A stretch of 64,000 nucleotides of DNA, taken from contig NC_043013.1 in NCBI RefSeq assembly GCF_006345805.1, positions 51,522,001 to 51,586,000 on the forward strand, read 5' to 3'. Under the pieces are notes generated by a model. That model made no database searches and was not told the origin of the DNA. It saw only the letters and a list, made by a program, of their open reading frames with translations. Each line of letters starts with the position of its first letter. Within the stretch, counting starts at the first letter, position 1. This stretch comes from Octopus sinensis. Taxonomy: Eukaryota. Shown here one piece after another: positions 28,234 through 41,060 of this stretch. Made by a program: the position numbers and the translations under genes.

Positions 28234-28959
28234 CATTATTATTTTATTATTATTATTATTATTTATCATTATTAGTGTTATTATAATTAATTAATTAATT
28301 AATAACTGGATATGATTCAGAAAAGGAAGTTTATTAATAGCATAAAATCTTCTCCTCGACCTCGTGGTTCTTTCGTATTAATTAAAACAAGTTGCTTCTC
28401 ATCCTCAATATTCAACATTCTGCATAAGGTATTGAACATGGAACATACGTACAATAATAGCTGATCCTATGAATTTGTTAAGAAACCTTACCATCATCTT
28501 TTAATTAAAATTGTCAAGCAGAAAAATATTCGGTGATCCCTGGTGGTCAGTTACTGTTCTCAGGGGGAGATGATAATTCCTACGTAATATTTGGCGGGAT
28601 TAGAAGTCTGCAATTTAACATGGAACAAAATGGAAGAAAGATGCTTAGAATGTACATACTTAGTTATTTATTTGCTTACATATTACGAAAAGCTTAAAAT
28701 TACTAATAATTAGTTGATCATATAGAGAGCACCATTTAATTCCTTTTAGAAATCGTCAGCGTGACATAAACCGGGATATTCTATCTTTTACTTGTTTCAG
28801 TCATTAGACTGCAGCCATGCTGGGGCTTCACGCTGAAATATTTTTAGTTAAATTAATTGACACCTGCACTTTTATTTCAATTCTATAAATAAATAAAGCT
28901 ACGAATAAGAGTGTGTATAATCTAGGTTTAAAAATTCTCTTGGCTGAAAAAAAGATGTC

Positions 28960-29101
28960 GAAGGCTGCCAGTGGGACTCGAACCGACATCTGTGAACATG
29001 ACAGATAATATAACCCTTATACCAAGCACTCAATAAAATATCTATATATAGCACGACGGTCATGTTCAAAGATGTAGGTTCAAGTCTCAGGAGCAGCCTT
29101 C
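28960..29101. repeat. Inverted pair of 45-bp tRNA-like 3' halves
   Basis: 28960-29004 and 29057-29101 are imperfect reverse complements, each with a B-box-like ggttc[g/a]agtc. Confidence 0.6.
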
Positions 29102-29167
29102 TAATTTTTTGCTAACCAAGGATCTTTTACCCAATATTCTGCACGCCGTTATTTATAGATCTATCAA

Positions 29168-29217
29168 AGGTTAGGGTTAGAGTTAGGGTTAGGGCTAGGG
29201 TTAGGGTTAGGGTTAGG
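29168..29217 (+). repeat. Interstitial (TTAGGG)n tract, about 8 units
   Basis: agggttagggttagagttagggttagggctagggttagggttagggttagg, abutting an S2 head. Confidence 0.9.
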
Positions 29218-29415
29218 CGAGATGGCAGAATAGTAGGCACGCCGGGCAAAATGCTTAGCAGCATTTGATCAATCCTTACGTTCTAAGTTCAAATTCTGCA
29301 GTGGCTTTTGCCTGTAATCCTTTCAGGATCGATGGGCTAAATTGCAATTAAACACTGGAGTCGGTGTCATCTATTATCCTCTCCCCCAAATTTCAGGCAT
29401 TGTGCCAATAGTAGG
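29215..29415 (+). mobile_element. Degraded S2 SINE
   Basis: ggcgagatggcagaatagtaggcacgccgggcaaaatgcttagc head. Confidence 0.7.
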
Positions 29416-30238
29416 TAATATAGCTCTACCCACATCGAGTTCCACCGTTAAAGATAATTTTCCTAATATCTCTCGAAGTTCCTAAATTCTCGGGGAGATT
29501 CTGAATAACACAGAATGTGACAAGGTTGGCCCTTTGAAATATAGGTACTATTAATTTTTGCGGACTGGGGCAACTTGACATAAACTGTCTCGGTCAATAA
29601 TTCAGCACGCTACAGGGTATCGAACTCACGACCTTACGAACGTTATCTATATACACCTAACCAATTATCCACTCATCTTCACTCAGCTTTCACGTATACA
29701 GCTAATATGAAACTCTCTTCTGTTTCAGATTCTACATAAAAACTGAGGAATGTCGGTCCAGACATTCACACTGCAACCTAAATGATCAACCGCTAGGTGT
29801 CAGTGTATGCAGTATCGACCTCAGTTTGGTCAATGTAAAGTACGCGTAGAACAACAGATTTATGAATCGTACGCAGCTGTTTTGCCGACTGCCAAGCCGG
29901 GTACTGCATATCGAATCATTCAGAGCTGACCTAGAGGTCACAAAGCGACAGGAACATGAAAGACGGCGTCGACGGCAACCACGACAACGATGATGACAAC
30001 GATGACAGCGGTGACGATGATGACAATAACGATGAAACAAGGACATGTAAATTATCAACAATAAGATTTGGTAAAAACAACCTCAGGGGAGTGTTCTGTT
30101 TACTAAATACTGACACTTCACTGTCTCGCATTTGTCATATTGTGAGTCGAAAAACATCAATCATCTGATATTATCAATGTAATTAAGAAACAAAATCACT
30201 ATTCGAGGTGTTTCTCTCACACGCACATCTTACGCGTG

Positions 30239-30320
<82 letters not shown>

Positions 30321-30333
30321 TGTATGTATGTAT

Positions 30334-30608
30334 ATCCTGTAAATAATAATAACGATTTTTTTTTTTATATAAGCTTAAAGCTTATGGCGATCACCGTGCA
30401 ATGACTTAGGAAAATAGTCTAATAAAGGGGCATATAAGCCCTCGACAGAAAAAAAGAAGGCTTTACTGTCCAACGCGAATAGGAAAGCCTTCTTTCTCCC
30501 TGTCGAGGGCTTACATACACCTTTATTATATTTTTCCTTAGTCATTGCACGGTGATCGCCATAAGCTTAAAGCTTATATAAAAATACCAGTATTATTATT
30601 TACAGGAT
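30334..30608. mobile_element. Palindromic MITE-like foldback (~130-bp arms, ~19-nt spacer)
   Basis: atcctgtaaataataata...gcttatggcgatcaccgtgcaatgact mirrored by agtcattgcacggtgatcgccataagc...tattattatttacaggat. Confidence 0.8.
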
Positions 30609-31250
30609 TGTAAACACGAAAACATATATATATATATATATGATTTATGTATGTATTTGTATATGTATGGTGATGCAAACAGGAAAAGTAGAACTCAAAA
30701 CCTGAGTTATTGATATTTAGCAGAAGCAATAAAGTGACGCAAGGGCCGAGAGTTTCCTGCGTAGGGTTAGATAAGTGCCAACAAACGAAACTCTCAGCCC
30801 ATAAGTCACGCTATTGCTTCTGCTAAATTTTGATAATGAAAGTGGCAGAGGCAGCGAAAGAGAGAGAAAGGGGACGAGAATAGAAAGATCCTGACAACCA
30901 TGACAAAGAAGTAGATGCCCATGTTTGGTCTTTTTATTAAGGTTATTTCAGATTTCTTTATTAATCCTGTAGTACTGCCACCGAGCAGTAGCTTTCCTAC
31001 ATCCTTTCCATCGTTAACGTCTCAAGATGTCACTGATTACATCATCATGGACCTTCCTACAAGGGCCTTACTCTCTCATTCGACGCAGCAGCTGTTAGCT
31101 AGGAGAGGCCTCGAGGCAGGCCCCGCACCAGATGGCTGGCCGTCATTGGGGAAGATCTCCAGAGGTCCGACGTCACACTCACACAAACACATATATACAT
31201 GTACACGCGCTTGCTCACCCACCCCGCATATATGATATATTAATTATATC

Positions 31251-31311
<61 letters not shown>

Positions 31312-31323
<12 letters not shown>

Positions 31324-31560
31324 AAATCCGTTCTGTTTGTCTGTGTGGGTGTCTTCTAGGATCTCGGGCATCCTCCATCCGATTGCGCTAAAATTTGATA
31401 TGTAGATACTGACGTTATCAGGGCGTGCATCGGTCTTGAAAAAATTACAAAATCGATTCCAGGTGAGAATGCGATCGATAAAGCCGTGGGGACGTGGATT
31501 TGTACGCGCAAGTACATCAGCTGATGCGATGTACTTACTGCTACTTTAAACTCTTCGGTT
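31312..31560 (+). mobile_element. Possible Helitron-like 5' end
   Basis: tattatataaaatccgttctgtttgtctgtgt...ccgattgcgctaaaatttg resembles common non-autonomous Helitron 5' ends; no 3' end identified. Confidence 0.35.
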
Positions 31561-31765
31561 GCATATTTGTGTGAATAAAATCGTTTTTCTTTGGAATAGA
31601 AAAAGTCTATCTTTATTTCTTCTTATGCTGGTGTCTCAAATTTAGGTTAAATCAGTGTTTCTCAAAGGGGCGGCCTATGAGACGGTCGGACAAGTTGTTT
31701 TGAGAAAATTTTGTTTAAATGTTTGACAACTCAACACCGTCAATTGGACGGGGGGCGTTTTGCTC

Positions 31766-31812
<47 letters not shown>

Positions 31813-31881
31813 CATACTTACATACATACATACATACATACATACACACATACATACATGCATACATACATACATACATTT

Positions 31882-31983
<102 letters not shown>

Positions 31984-32028
31984 TGTATATAATATATATA
32001 TATATATATTATATATATATATGTATGT

Positions 32029-32062
<34 letters not shown>

Positions 32063-32446
32063 TTTACAGGGAGAGAGAAAGATTGAGGAAGGGAGAGAGA
32101 GAACTTTCTGAACTTCTGGTGACGTTCTCTTTGAACACTGGTGGAATTAGTTTGGGAATAAATTCCTGTAAAAACAAAAGGGTTAAAGATTTAACTGAAT
32201 CACTCGCAGACTTTAAGGGTGCCATAGAGAACATTTCATTGGTGGAATATATTTCTTGGAACGCACATTCTTGCTTTAGACTTTGCTGTCACAGATATTG
32301 CAGTGCAGTCGTTCGTCTCTCATATCTTTGTGACACATTTATATCAACATTTGGCATCGAATATCATCGTTCGTTGTCTTTGTGTTCGTCTTATCACCAA
32401 ACACCAGTTCTTCTCTTCATCTCCCTTTCTTGCATATACACTCCCA

Positions 32447-32535
<89 letters not shown>

Positions 32536-33184
32536 TCTGCTATTTCCTCACTGCACCCGAGTCACGCCCTGTTTCTTTCTGTCTGTCTGTCTGTCTCACT
32601 AATTACATGTCTATCCGTCTATCTTGATGTCAATCTTACGACTTTAGATATCTGCAGCTTTCTATCTGCGCCAGGGTACATTTCTCTCTGAAGTGACTTT
32701 CCCAGGCCACATCCTCAAACACATCCACACACACATGCACTAATCCACATATGCACAATCATTTATACATATGCAAGAAGCGCATACATACATATAGTAA
32801 ACGCGCGGACACTCACACATGCTACATTCAATTTTTTTATGAATTTGATTTCGGATTTATCTCCCTTACGCATGAAATAATTTATCATTTACGCTAATAT
32901 TTTATGATTTGGTATGCATTGTGGTTCGCATGCACATATGCATGTTTATAACTTTTATACATGTATGTATGTATGTAGGTATGTATGTATGTATTTATGT
33001 ATGTATGTATGTATGTGTATGTATGTATGCTTGTATCCATGTGTATGTGCTAATTGTATACATGTAGCTATTTATGTATATATATATATATATGTGTGTG
33101 TGTTTGTGTGTTTGTGTGTTTGTGTGTGTGTGTGCGTGTGTGTGTATGTCTGTGTCCCTATGTATGTTCCCCCCACCATAGCTT

Positions 33185-33990
33185 CATAACCGATGCTGGT
33201 GTGTTTACGTCCCCGTAACTTAGCGGTACTAGGCTTGAAAAGAATAAGTCTGGGGTCAATTTTTTCGAGTAATGGTGCTCAAGCATGGCCGCAGTCAAAT
33301 GACTGAAAAAATATAAGAATGTGTGTGTGTGTGTGTTGTAAATGTATATAAATGTACCTATATGCGTCTGTATTAACGCGTGGCTGTCTGTACCCCTTTG
33401 CCTTAACATCCAGAGGCTCTTGTAAAAAGGGCCTTCATCGTCATACAAGAGCGTCACTCGCTTTCGTTCTTCCCTGGTGACTTGCTCCGGCTTCCAAACA
33501 AGTGAGGATTGGCGACAGGAAGGGCATGCAGCTGTATAATATCTACTTTAATAAATTCCATTTGATTTATGCAACCGCTAGAAAACGGTCGTTAAAATGA
33601 TGGAGATGTATGTATATAAATATGTGTGGTAAGATTTTGACTCCGAAGCACATGGTCCACGTTCAGTTCCACTGCGTAGAAAATTATGCGGGAGTTTTCC
33701 CGTTATAATTCTGTGCCGATTAAGGCTTCTTAGTGGATTTGGAAGAGTGAAACAGAAGGAAGGCCATCGTGCCTGAATGTCTGTGCGTGTGTCTATGTTT
33801 TTCCCCACCCGCTACCGCTTTACAATTGCTACTGGAGTGTCTATGTGCCCGTAACTTAGTGGTTCCGAAAAGATATAAGTAACAGGCATAAAATATATAA
33901 GATCTGGGGTCAGCTCGTTCTATTAAAATTCTCCAAGGCAGTGCCCCAGCATGGCCGCAGTCTAATAATTAAACCAAGTGAAAAAACGTA
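33185..33990 (+). mobile_element. Two degraded S1 SINE copies (33185-33320 tail fragment; ~33610-33990)
   Basis: ccgatgctggtgtgtttacgtccccgtaacttagcgg and cagcatggccgcagtc match S1. Confidence 0.7.
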
Positions 33991-34196
33991 GAGAAATATA
34001 TATATATATATATATTTATATATACAAATTGAGATAGGGGTTGTAAATGCAACCCTCCATGGGATAACATATATCCAATATACTGCTAGTGAAGTACCCA
34101 ACAAAGTTAATACATAAATGTTAATGATTGCGATGCAATCAATTCATTTACTGTATTATATGGACAAAGGTAAAATGATTTACCACAAATTACTAA

Positions 34197-34792
34197 TACA
34201 AGATAAGAAAATGGAGAAATACATCTAAATCAAATATCAATTATCAGATAATACTCAATCACATACTTTATTAAACCACCACATAAGAAACTGTAGGGTT
34301 AAACATAATAAAGCAGAACAAATCAGTGTACATAAAGGAATGTACATAAAAAAGTGTACATAAAAGAGTAATGTTGTATAATAAGTAGAATATATATAAA
34401 AGAGAATATAAATATAAGTATAGATTACAGCTGTTTCGGCCATGTAGATAAGTATGTCTCATTTTACCAATATTAGCCTATTATGGTAGGTCAATATATG
34501 GATATAAATGAGACATTTACAAAAGTATCCTAAGGCCTCTTCGGAGATATACATATACATATTTATATTTACTTATATTTATATTCTCTTTTTTATATAT
34601 ATTCTACTTATTATACAACATTACTCTTTTATGTGCACTTTTTTATCTACATTCCTTATGTACACTGATTTGTTCTGCTTTTTTATGTTTAACCCTACAG
34701 TCTCTTATGTTGTGGTTTAATAAGTATGTGATGAGTATTATCTGATAATTGATATTTGATTTAGATGTATTTCTCCATTTTCTTATCTTGTA
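34197..34792. mobile_element. Inverted duplication (~225-bp arms) enclosing a hammerhead motif; Penelope pLTR-like
   Basis: 34197-34420 and 34570-34792 are close reverse complements. Confidence 0.8.
34419..34551 (-). ncRNA. Type-I hammerhead motif with long stem II (CCGAAGA core)
   Basis: tatatct CCGAAGA ggcc...atgtctcattt...aaatgagacat...ggcc GAAA cagctg TA atctata; stem I has a 2x2 internal mismatch. Confidence 0.7.
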
Positions 34793-34794
34793 GA

Positions 34795-34836
<42 letters not shown>

Positions 34837-34859
34837 ATATATGTATTATATAAATTGAA

Positions 34860-35225
34860 CAAAATCGAAATAGAGGACAATAAAAGATCCCAATAGGTAG
34901 ACGATACAAAGGCGGACAGGAAAACAACAAATAAAAGGACAGAGAAAAAAGGACGGGTCATTCATGGCCTTTTTTCATCAGTCAGGTTTCCTGATTGTCC
35001 TTACAGTTTCTGGAAATTACACTTGAGAATGTTCGATCTGGTAGCCCACAAAATGTCTAAGCTAAGAGCATTAAATTTTTTTGTAAGAAAGCAAGCGAAT
35101 GTGTATGACAACAAAGAGAAAAAACGGAGAACATTTTACACAATTAGAAATACAAACAATAAAAATATAGCAACATGTGTCTTTCGACTACGGAGGACGA
35201 AGCAAATTGATCTGGCGTGTATGGA
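34860..35225 (-). mobile_element. pLTR-like interspersed repeat, copy D (degenerate permuted HHR-like motif at 34975-35046)
   Basis: Collinear with 35960-36340, 36820-37035 and 43740-44085. Confidence 0.65.
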
Positions 35226-36063
35226 GTGAAAGCCCATGAACACACATGTATGTATATATATATCAATATATATACATATATATATATATATACATATATA
35301 TATACACACATTCATGAATGTACATATATATATGTACACACACACACACATATATATATACATATACATACACATACGCATACGTACACACACACATACC
35401 CACGTATATATATATATATATATATATATATGAATGAGTGGACAAACGTAAGAAAGGGCACTCAACACATTTATTGCAAGTTACATGTATTCTTCAAAAT
35501 AGTTCGATTCGAATTCCGTGCTACTTCATGGTTCGCCTCAGGCTGGAGGACATTTCCAGCATCGAACAGAATTAATCATCAGAACACCAAGTTAGAGTCA
35601 AGGACAATTTACCCATGTTTCAACAGTCTGTACGGACACTCACATACGTACTGGAGATTTGACCATCCAATTACGCGTACATCCACAAATATAGACCAAA
35701 TACCTTCAAAACAATAGAAAAATCAGAGAAGAATATACTCCGGCATGCTGTTCACGGTCCATTGTAGGCTCAAGATCCAATGCAGAGAAGATTCTGAGTG
35801 TGGTGTAGTATACATAATAGCACAAACGAGCTGAGGTTCACTACAATCGTTTCAGATGTGTTTTTTATTGATGAATAAATCAACTGCATTATGTAAAAAA
35901 ATAAAGAATATAGAATGCATATTGACTCTCTTATCTTGATGCCGGTCGAGAAAGTTTATAGAGGGCATTAAAACATTCGGACAGATAGCTGATACAAAGA
36001 GGAACAAGAGAAACAACAATTAGAAGGACGGGCAAAGAAAGACCGGCCATGCTTGGGTTTCTT

Positions 36064-36134
36064 TCATCAGTCAAGTACCAGTAGTCACAAACATTTCGGA
36101 CAGTTACACTTGAGATGGTTTGATCTGGTTGTTC
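36064..36134 (-). ncRNA. Candidate permuted hammerhead-like motif, copy B
   Basis: Minus strand: GAACA..AACCA TC TCAAGT gtaac TGTCC GAAA TGTTT..ACTTGA CTGATGA; one mismatch each in stems II and III. Confidence 0.5.
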
Positions 36135-36713
36135 TCCCAAAAAGTCTAAGTTAAGAACATTAGACCCTTTGTAAGAAAGCTAGCGAATGTGTACGGCAAC
36201 AAAGGCGAAAAGAAACAAACAACAACAAAAACGGAGAACATGGTACACAATTACGAATACAAAAACAAGAAATAACAACAGGCGTCTTTCGACTGAGAAC
36301 GATACAAATTGAGATGGTGTGTATGGAGTAAAAGTCTAAAGGCAGGAACATGGGAGAGGGACATAAGAGGTGTCGGCGGTCGGCAGTCAGGCCAAGAAGG
36401 AAAGATCATGGCTGGCGGACACCGGTCACGTAGAAAGAAGAGAAATGGGTAGGGGACAGCGGGATTGGAGGATTAGGAAAAAATTAGAGACAAAGGGAAA
36501 TGTGTAGGGGAAATAAAGGTGCAGTGGGAAACAGTGGGAGTTAAAGAAAGAGAAGGTAAAGAAATTTGAGAGAGGGGAGAGAGAGAAAGGAAGAAAAATG
36601 AGAGGGGGAATAAAAGATAAAGTAAGAGTCGTACAAAAGTTTTAGATACATACTTACTATATGGTGAGTACAAGGGTATATGGACGCCGTTCTATCTATA
36701 TATATGTATACAT

Positions 36714-36792
<79 letters not shown>

Positions 36793-36935
36793 GTGTGTTG
36801 CATGAACGTATATGGAAATGGAAAAAACGCAAAAGACGGCATTAAAACATTCGGACAGGTAGACGACACAAAGATGGACAAGGAAACAACAATTAGAAGG
36901 ACAGGCAAAGAAACACAGGTCATTGTGGCTTTCTT

Positions 36936-37006
36936 TCATCAGTCAAATACCAGAAGTCACGACCATTTCGGACAGTTACACTTGAGATGGTTTGATCTGG
37001 TTGTCC
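36936..37006 (-). ncRNA. Candidate permuted hammerhead-like motif, copy C
   Basis: Minus strand: GGACA (10 nt) ACCA TC TCAAGT gtaac TGTCC GAAA TGGT (13 nt) ATTTGA CTGATGA; all three helices pair, with one G-U. Confidence 0.55.
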
Positions 37007-37061
37007 CCCAAAGTCGTCTAAGCCAAGAGCATACATAATATATATATATATATATTATATA

Positions 37062-37094
<33 letters not shown>

Positions 37095-37649
37095 AATACA
37101 TATAAAAGAAATACACGTGTGAGTGCATTCATATATGCACTATTCGTCCTTATGAAGTTGTTAAACTGACAGCTGCAAGTCCCAGCATTCTGCTTCACAG
37201 AGAAAAGACAAGTATTTCATTGGCTTTAATTCTAAACCCAAGCCTGTTTCATTAGTGCAACTTAAACGCGGATTAAGTTTTACGTCTCTGCTATTACCCT
37301 AGATACACAGTATAAAATATGCCCCCAAATGGGCCATAACTCATACACATACATGCATATGTATGTATATAAATATATATAGATATATATATATATACAT
37401 ACATACATACATACATATAAATCTATACACATAAATATATATATACATACATACATATACATATATATATATATGTATATATACCACCTAAATTTCCTCC
37501 CTACTATCAAACTCATTAGATGTTATTTGATCTGTCGTTATTTAGGCTCTCCCTCTTCTTCAAGCAGTCCCCTAACAAACACACCCAGCATTTTTCTTAT
37601 TGTTAACCTACAATAAATGATGTATATTGCGTGTGTGTTTAATGTTGTA

Positions 37650-37749
37650 NNNNNNNNNNNNNNNNNNNNNNNNNNNNNNNNNNNNNNNNNNNNNNNNNNN
37701 NNNNNNNNNNNNNNNNNNNNNNNNNNNNNNNNNNNNNNNNNNNNNNNNN
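37650..37749. other. Assembly gap (100 N)
   Basis: Run of N. Confidence 1.
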
Positions 37750-38081
37750 GTGATAACATCTCAATAAGTGAAATGAACCATACAGGTGTACACATGCACA
37801 TACACACATACATATATTTACAAACATACGCACACACACACCATATACGTTCTAATGTACATGCGTACACGCACGTACATGCACACATACGCACATGTAT
37901 GCACACATACGCACATACATATGTATATTCATATAGCTAGATAGATAGATAGATAGATACAAACATACATACATGCATGCATAGTACATAAAAATATATA
38001 CACACATGCATATACACATACACGCATACGCACAGGCATACACTAGCTTAAATATACATTGATAAATCCATACACACACAG

Positions 38082-38118
<37 letters not shown>

Positions 38119-38455
38119 CGCACACATACATATAGGCTTAGAAGTGTATATGTATAAACACCCCGTGCATAAATAGATATCAACCTGATAAACAAGTTAA
38201 TCGTATCATTTCTCCGCTTCCTTTCTGCTGGTTGAGTACTTGCACCAACTTACGGAACATTACGTAATCCAGCAGTCGGTGGTAAAGTAATTGTGTGGGA
38301 GTCGGTGGTAGTCGATAAACAGCCCTCCAATCACAAACACGAGCCCCTACACCCCACTGCTACATCTGTGTTTAACCATGGTAACCAAGTAAGGCCGTAT
38401 CGAAGGATGAATCTATTTCTATTATCGGAATCCGTTCAGCGTTCACCTCGTAATT

Positions 38456-38537
38456 TGATTGACCTAATGCGAGGTTTGTCGTTCTAGCATTCAGTTCCTT
38501 CCCTTTTCTAACCAATGGTTTATCCGCCAGGGGGCAA
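38456..38537 (+). promoter_or_regulatory. Candidate cis-regulatory cluster: PBX-type TGATTGAC, CCAAT, CTCF-like ccgccagggggcaa
   Basis: Motif matches by eye inside a non-repetitive island at ~38170-38800. Confidence 0.35.
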
Positions 38538-39003
38538 CCAACAGGTACAAACTACCAGCCTCTCTTTCGCGCGCCACTCCACCGCCCTCTCTGACCAGCT
38601 ATGGATGTTGGGCATCCTCCTCTCTCTTTCTCCCTGTGTCCCCGAGGCGGTGATCTATCAATCGTGTAATCAACCACCACCTTCATAATCCATTAAATAT
38701 TCTCTTAATTCGATTGTTTCATTATGTCTTGATACATTAAAAGATCAATACTTCCCTTGCATTTGGTCCTTTCGCAATTATTGATTGTCGTTCAATATGT
38801 CTCTCGCATGCGCACACATACACACACGCAGACTCTCTCACTTTCTCTCTCTCTCTTTCTCCCTAACACTTTATCTTTCAATGTCTCTATAATTCTATAT
38901 GTGTATGTATTATATATTATTATATATATATATATAAATATATTATATATGCATTATATATATATATATATAATATTATATATATATTTGCATATAATAT
39001 GCC

Positions 39004-39048
<45 letters not shown>

Positions 39049-39110
39049 TATATATATATATTCGTATGTAAGTGTACATGCATGCATATATGTATATATA
39101 TATATATGTG

Positions 39111-39167
<57 letters not shown>

Positions 39168-39183
39168 TATTATATATATATAT

Positions 39184-39235
<52 letters not shown>

Positions 39236-41060
39236 AGAACAGATGTGGAGAGTATGCTTGATTGATGGAATAAAAATACCCCTAAAATTCCATTTCTGCT
39301 TTCATAGAGTCTTCGATAGTGAAATGAATTTTTCCCCATCCTCTAATCCCCATCATTTAAAAATGTTTATGGTAAACCACTGTTTATGATCCGCTCGAGA
39401 GCCTCCAAGAATAGTTTAAGAAATATCTTCAAACTTGAAACTTGACGCAGTTGTCTACAAACAGAGTGGACTCTGCTAAATGAAACACATTGTGACGGGA
39501 GGTGATGTTAATTTGAGTCACGCCTACGCCTGCTGTTGGTTCTTTTTTTTCTTTATCGACCCCAAAAGTTCAGATCCCTGCGTTAAATTTTCATGGAAAG
39601 GCATTGTCGAACTTGGCGGTACTCCAGTATGGCCGCAGTCCAAGTATAAAATCAAGTAAAAGATAAATAATAAGAAACATACTTGAAAAATGTTTTGCAA
39701 ACTTATAAAATTGCTTTGCGGTCGCACGCTCGTGAGACTCTGAACTTGGTGTTTGGTGAAGTGTTTTGCTCCTCCTGTCTCCGTTCCTGAGATTACTCAT
39801 CACATTCGTTATAGATTCTCACTTATTCTTGACATTTTGGAATAAATTCTTAGTTATGATTTCACACCCAGATATCTCAAATTTTCTACCCGTTTGCGTG
39901 TGGAGCCATCAATAGTAAATTGAAAGAGGGTGTGAAGCATCCTGTGTCACAATCTCAATTTTCTTTCTATTGTTGCTTTGGGGAAAACTCTGTACATAGT
40001 TTGGAGAATATGATCCACCAAACTCGCCGAATGTCTCCATGTGTGTGAATAATGTGAGTTGCGTACAACGCAATCTGAAAATAACATCCTCCCCGAGAAA
40101 AACAAGAGTTAATTTAGTTTTTAATACACAGGCTGGCTAAGTTATTATACAATAATACCACCATGTCGGGTGGTGCGAACATATACGCCGTCCCGTGAGA
40201 ATTGGAAGATATCAGACAAGCAGAATGATAAGACGCCGAATAGGATTTGAGCAAACGAGTAATGCCCCTTGCCTTCCATTAAGATGGAAAAACCTTAGAT
40301 ACTCCGTCGCCAAAGCTATAAGATAACTTTCAATGCTATTAACGAACGACTTCATTATGCCGAATACTTCCGCGGTAAAATATATTCTTAGTATTAATAT
40401 GGAGTCCATTCAGGGTTGGATTATGACTCACTAAGGCCCTAAGCACTTAAAAGGTTTTGAGGTTTTGGAGATCCCATATATATATGTGCAATTCAAAATA
40501 TAAACAACAGTGTATTATAAAATAAATCAGTAACTTTTAAACTGAGACAAAACTAGCAGTTGGACGGAAAATAGTGTTTAGTTTTGTAGACTTCCAGCTT
40601 CATATTCGGGAAGTTTTCTCCTATTTTTTTTTTTTTAATTGCAAAATCTTAGATCCTCACTATAACATCGAAATTATATCTCCAATCACATAAACCACTT
40701 CGAATATCAAATTAGCAAGTTTAAATTGATTTCTTTTAAGCCGAAAACCATTTACCATTTGGGTGGTGTCCCTTTTCCTTAGACATGCTTACCACCGATT
40801 TATTTTGCTTAATTGATCAAAATCGGTTCAGAAAATTCATAAAACCAAGTTAAAGTGTTTGGTGGTGTTCTGTAAAATTTTCTTGTGAGTTTATCTCATA
40901 GAAAATATCCGTGATCGCCCGATTGGATCGATGGCCACATTGCGTTTTTGTGTATCTATTATCAGGCACTATCATGATTTAAAACGATTAACCAGAGAAT
41001 TACACCACAAACGTACAGAACACCTACACACACACACACTCACAATGGTGGGCATAATTA

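Noticed and set aside
35541-35587. Minus-strand CTGATGA...GAAA tg TC
   Set aside because: No stem I or stem II pairing found.
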